From a virus (taxonomy: Duplodnaviria > Caudoviricetes): 36,911 nt of DNA. Every line of letters begins with the position of its first letter. The stretch's first letter is position 1. Positions 32,967 to 36,911 of the stretch are shown here, piece after piece. The notes beneath the pieces are model-generated. The model was not told the origin of the DNA, made no database searches, and was given only the letters and a program-made list of their open reading frames with translations. Both the position numbers and the translations under genes were made by a program. The stretch is from the IMG/VR virus record IMGVR_UViG_3300005259_000017, positions 1 through 36,911 of that record. One strand, given 5' to 3'.

Positions 32967-33528
32967 TCCCTTGATCGACGTTCCCCCCGAGGCCGCCCAG
33001 GTCTCCGGGGGCGAATATCTGATCAACACGGACTATCGGACGGTACTCTCGTACCTCCGCCTGCTCGATGACAAGGACTTGAGCGACCAGGACAGAACCG
33101 CCCTGGCGCTCGTCCTTTTCTTCGGCAAGGTAAAGATCAAAGTCGGGGACGTTGGCGAGCTGGCGGCGTACCTTCGCTGGTACATCAACTGCGGCGAAGC
33201 GCCCGACCCGGACAAGAAAAAAGAGCCTCGATACTTTGACATTCTCGTCGATTCCGGCCGCATTTATTCGGCCTTTCTCCAGACCTACCACATCAACTTG
33301 AGAGATACCCGGATGCACTGGTGGATCTTCTGCGAACTCCTCGCGGGGTTGCCGAAGGGAACGCACCTTGCGGACGTGATCGATATTCGCGCGCGGCCTT
33401 TCCGCGAAGACATGAAGCCCGGCGAGCGCAACGACCTGGCGAAGCTGAAACGGCACTATGCGCTCGATGAAAAGAAGAACGATGTACTCAGCGGACTATT
33501 CGAATCCTTGGCGGGGGTGTGCGGATGA
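32956..33528 (+). CDS. A118 Gp15-family tail assembly protein
   Basis: INTDYR.VL, D...IYSAFLQ.Y.INL, MHWW.F..LL.GL...T....VI.IR, LK..YAL. Confidence 0.85.
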   Translation: MKFNPLIDVPPEAAQVSGGEYLINTDYRTVLSYLRLLDDKDLSDQDRTALALVLFFGKVKIKVGDVGELAAYLRWYINCGEAPDPDKKKEPRYFDILVDSGRIYSAFLQTYHINLRDTRMHWWIFCELLAGLPKGTHLADVIDIRARPFREDMKPGERNDLAKLKRHYALDEKKNDVLSGLFESLAGVCG

Positions 33529-36500
33529 GCGGCGCCTATGATGGATGGGTAAGGATCGGGACGAAAATCGATGATTCCGACCTTTCCGGCGACCTTGCGA
33601 ACCTGAAATCGAAACTGCAGAACGCCTCGGCCAAGCTCCGCGACGTGATGCAGGGGCCGGTTGCGGCTGTCCAGGAAATCGGCCGCGCCCTGCAGAAAGT
33701 CGGGCAGATCGTCAACGAGGTCGAAGGCGACTGGGCGGCCCAGGAAAAGGCCATCGCCATCAACAAGGCGACGCTCAAGGCCACCGGCGCCGAATCATGG
33801 ACGACCGCCGCAGCGCAACAGGCCCTGGCCGATAAGCTCCAAAAAGTAACCGGCTACGCCGACGAAGAAGTTCTCTCCATGCAGAACGTCCTCCTTGGCT
33901 TCAAGAACATCAAGGGCGACAACTTCGACGTGGCGGCCGAGCAGATTCTGAATATGTCAAAGGTCATGGGGATGGACCTCGTATCGTCCGCCCAGGCCGT
34001 CGGCAAGGCCCTCGATGATCCGATCGCTGGCGTCGACTCCCTGACCCGCCAGGGCTTCCGGTTCTCGGCCGCGCAGAAAGAAGTCCTCAAGGACCTCGTC
34101 AACACCGGCCACATGGCCGAGGCGCAAAAGATCATCCTCGACGAGCTGACGACCACCTACGGCGGCGCGGCCGCGGCGGCCAATGAAACCAGCTCGGCGA
34201 TCAAGGAAAAGCTCGGCGTGGCGGTCGACAACCTCAAGGAACGGCTCGGAAAATTCGCAACCGATGCCCTGGCGCCGTCGCGGAAAGAACTCACCGGGCT
34301 GATTGAGGGGCTGTCCGATACCTTCGACGTGATCAACCGGAACGGCAACGCGCCGGAGATTCTCACGAAGCTGGCAACCGGGCTTCTCTCGGCTGCAGCG
34401 GGAGTTGCGGCCTTCGTCTTAGTGACCAAGGGCTATGAAATCGTGGAAGCCTTTACCCTTGCAGTAAAGGCTTTAAGCCTTGCTTTGGTTACAAACCCTA
34501 TTGCTTTATTTGCCGCCGGAGTAGCGACCCTTATAGTTGCTCTTGTTGGGGCCAAGGAAGCCCAAGAGCAGCATACTAAAGCCCTGTCCGAGCACCTTAA
34601 GCAGTCTAGCAGTGCCCGAACCGAAGCCAAGACGCTCGCCGATGAGTACCAGAATCTTTACAACAAAATAAACCCGACGGCAGACGAGCAGAACCGCATG
34701 GCGGAAATCGCCAAGACCCTGCATGAGCGATTCCCCGACCTTACTACGGATACGATCAACCTCGCCGCGGCCAACGGAAACCTTGCGGATGAATCAGAAC
34801 GGGTTGCTAAAGCCCTGGCTAAGCAAAACCTTAACGAATTTTTGAAGAGCAGCAACAAGGCAGAAGCGGCCGCCGCAGAAGTAATGGCTCGGCAGGCTGA
34901 AAATGTTAAGCTTCGGCCGAATTCGGTAAATCAGGAATCTTACCTTGCAGCCAAGGCATCATGGGAAGCAGTTCATAAGGTCAGCCAGGAAACTCTCGAC
35001 GAATATGTAAGAGCATGGGGAGCTATATCTGACCTCAAATTCTCAAATCCAGAAGGCGGAAGCGGCGGTGGCGGCGGAGGCTCAAAATCCGTCGTATCCG
35101 AAGCCGAGAAGATCGCCAAGGCGAACTACGACAAGGTTGAAAAGCTCCTCGCCAGCATCGCTTTCTTCGACAAGCGCGACGCCCTCCACCCCTACACCGA
35201 AGAGGAGAAAAAGGCGTTTTGGGAAAGCGCGCGTGATCAGCTGTTCGACATCGACGCGCTCGACCTCGGGCCACAAGCTCTTGCGCTCAAGACCAAGGTA
35301 AAGGCCGCAATCGACAAAGCCTTCGCCCCCTACGGCGGGACATACGGCCTCAGCGAAGCGACGCTCGGCGCCGCCGACGCGGGACTGCAAGACCAGTACG
35401 ACGCGATCGCCCGCAGAACCAACAACGAAATATCTGCTGGCCCCTCCATGCGTACCTTGGCGACGCTGGGAGAGATTGATCAGGGATTGCAGGAGCTTTT
35501 CGACGAGGTGATTCGGCAGATTCACGCCGACATCGCCAAGAGCCCCACAATCTCAACCCTGGCCACCCTGGGCGACGCGGATGCGGGGCTAAACGAGCAG
35601 TACGAAGCGATCGTGCGGGAAATCAACAACGCCATCGCCAACGGCCCGACCGTGGCCACCCTGGCCACCCTCGGTGAATCTGACGCGGGACTCCAAGAGC
35701 TTTACGATGAGATAATCCGGCAGACCAACAACGCCATTTCAATGGGGCCGTCCGTCGCCACGCTCGCGACGCTGGGTGAAGCCACCGAAGGGCTCGGCGA
35801 GCTTTTCGACCTCGTCGTGCAGCAGCTCAATGCGGCCATCTCGAAAGGGCGGATTGTTGCCTCGCTCGCCAACGAAGACACGACCGGGCTCGGCGACCAG
35901 TACTCGGCCATGAAGCCCGCTCTCGCCCTACAGGACGCGCTCAAGCCCTCCGAGGCGGACAGGTCTGACACCTGGGCCGTGTCCTACGGGCGGTATCTCG
36001 ATGAGATGGCGCAAAAAGCCTCGCTTTTCGGGCCGATCATCGACAACATCAAAGGGGCCTGGAAGAACCTCGGCGACGAGCTTGAGGCCGATGCGAAAGA
36101 CTGGGGCGATGTCCTCGATAGTGTTGGATCGGCCGCGTCCGAGACGTTCGGCTCGGCCTTCGAGACGCTTGGGCAGAACATCGTCGACCAGACCGTGGGC
36201 TGGACGGACTGGAAGGCGTCGGCGCTTAGAGCCCTCGCTTCCGTTCTGAAATCCCTCGGGTATCAGCTTCTCGCCCAGGCTGCGTACAATGTCGCTCTTG
36301 GAATCACCCACCTTCTTATGGGCGACTTCGCGGGCGCGGCAGCCGCCGCCGCATCAGCGCTTTTGACTGGTGCCGCCGCCGCCGCCGCGTTTGTCGGGGC
36401 GGGGATCGTTGAAGGGCTGGCCGACGACGTCGTGGAAACGAACAAGTTCACCGATGCGCTCACCGACCAGAACGACGCCCTCAAGAAAAACCGGGAGCTG

Positions 36501-36911
36501 TGGACGCTCGCCAGCAAAGCCGCCGACGCCTACGCGGCCGTCCTGGCAAAGGTAAAGGGCGCCGCGTCCGACTTCTACGCCAGTCTGCAGGATGCCGGGA
36601 CCGAGATTACCTCTACTTTGATCGACAACCTCGTAAACGGATTCTCCGCTGATGACTTCCTTTATGCGATGAAGGAGTACATCAGGTCGGCGGTGATCAA
36701 GGCGTCGGTCTACACCGAGAGCCTCATGGCTTCCGTGGCCGCGATCGGGCAGAAGATCAGCACGGCGATCGCCAACGGTGCGACGGCCGAGGACTTCGCC
36801 GACCTAGCCGCGGAGTTGCGGGCGCTATGGGAAGCGGCAGCCGACAAGGCCGAGGTCGTAACCGGGATCATCGACGATGCGTTCGGCGGATCGTATGACG
36901 TCGGATCGCTC
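33525..36911 (+). CDS. Tail tape measure protein (continues at 1-264; about 1216 aa in total)
   Basis: ATG 33525 (MSGAYDGWVRIGTKID), AVGKALDDP..G...L.R.G motif, Ala-rich helices. 1129 codons to the window end; absent from the ORF track, consistent with no stop inside the window. Confidence 0.9.
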   Translation, partial: MSGAYDGWVRIGTKIDDSDLSGDLANLKSKLQNASAKLRDVMQGPVAAVQEIGRALQKVGQIVNEVEGDWAAQEKAIAINKATLKATGAESWTTAAAQQALADKLQKVTGYADEEVLSMQNVLLGFKNIKGDNFDVAAEQILNMSKVMGMDLVSSAQAVGKALDDPIAGVDSLTRQGFRFSAAQKEVLKDLVNTGHMAEAQKIILDELTTTYGGAAAAANETSSAIKEKLGVAVDNLKERLGKFATDALAPSRKELTGLIEGLSDTFDVINRNGNAPEILTKLATGLLSAAAGVAAFVLVTKGYEIVEAFTLAVKALSLALVTNPIALFAAGVATLIVALVGAKEAQEQHTKALSEHLKQSSSARTEAKTLADEYQNLYNKINPTADEQNRMAEIAKTLHERFPDLTTDTINLAAANGNLADESERVAKALAKQNLNEFLKSSNKAEAAAAEVMARQAENVKLRPNSVNQESYLAAKASWEAVHKVSQETLDEYVRAWGAISDLKFSNPEGGSGGGGGGSKSVVSEAEKIAKANYDKVEKLLASIAFFDKRDALHPYTEEEKKAFWESARDQLFDIDALDLGPQALALKTKVKAAIDKAFAPYGGTYGLSEATLGAADAGLQDQYDAIARRTNNEISAGPSMRTLATLGEIDQGLQELFDEVIRQIHADIAKSPTISTLATLGDADAGLNEQYEAIVREINNAIANGPTVATLATLGESDAGLQELYDEIIRQTNNAISMGPSVATLATLGEATEGLGELFDLVVQQLNAAISKGRIVASLANEDTTGLGDQYSAMKPALALQDALKPSEADRSDTWAVSYGRYLDEMAQKASLFGPIIDNIKGAWKNLGDELEADAKDWGDVLDSVGSAASETFGSAFETLGQNIVDQTVGWTDWKASALRALASVLKSLGYQLLAQAAYNVALGITHLLMGDFAGAAAAAASALLTGAAAAAAFVGAGIVEGLADDVVETNKFTDALTDQNDALKKNRELWTLASKAADAYAAVLAKVKGAASDFYASLQDAGTEITSTLIDNLVNGFSADDFLYAMKEYIRSAVIKASVYTESLMASVAAIGQKISTAIANGATAEDFADLAAELRALWEAAADKAEVVTGIIDDAFGGSYDVGSL
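35358..35900 (+). repeat. Five degenerate 102-bp (34-aa) repeats within the TMP
   Basis: ATLG codons start at 35358, 35460, 35562, 35664 and 35766. Confidence 0.85.

Overview
The window looks like a complete, circularly permuted 36.9-kb temperate siphophage genome. The tape-measure ORF runs off the right end and continues in frame at base 1 (...YDVGSL|SVQGDQYAKIHDSEMILPA). Modules in order: tail tip and fibre (254-5133); lysis with M23 endolysin, holin candidates and an overlapping spanin-like pair (5167-7346); attP and tyrosine integrase (7347-8778); an Ig-like lipoprotein moron; two divergent control regions built on ribbon-helix-helix and Xis-like regulators rather than a classical CI; a Sak4-like/exonuclease/SSB/NinB-like recombination block; a replication initiator with internal iteron-like repeats; small accessory genes; and an A118/SPP1-type head and tail module. 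The main finding is a nuclease-less IS110/Nop-domain gene (21351-22145) followed by a five-unit, strictly 36-nt dual-repeat/dual-spacer array with its own promoter and terminator, which matches a TIGR-Tas (TasA-type) RNA-guided system. Other notable points: a shared late-promoter motif with a third copy pointing antisense into the integrase, several leaderless genes, small genes bracketed by junction direct repeats, a structured RNA before the major capsid gene, and a C-terminal domain shared by capsid and tail proteins. All family assignments come from reading motifs and gene order, not from database searches.
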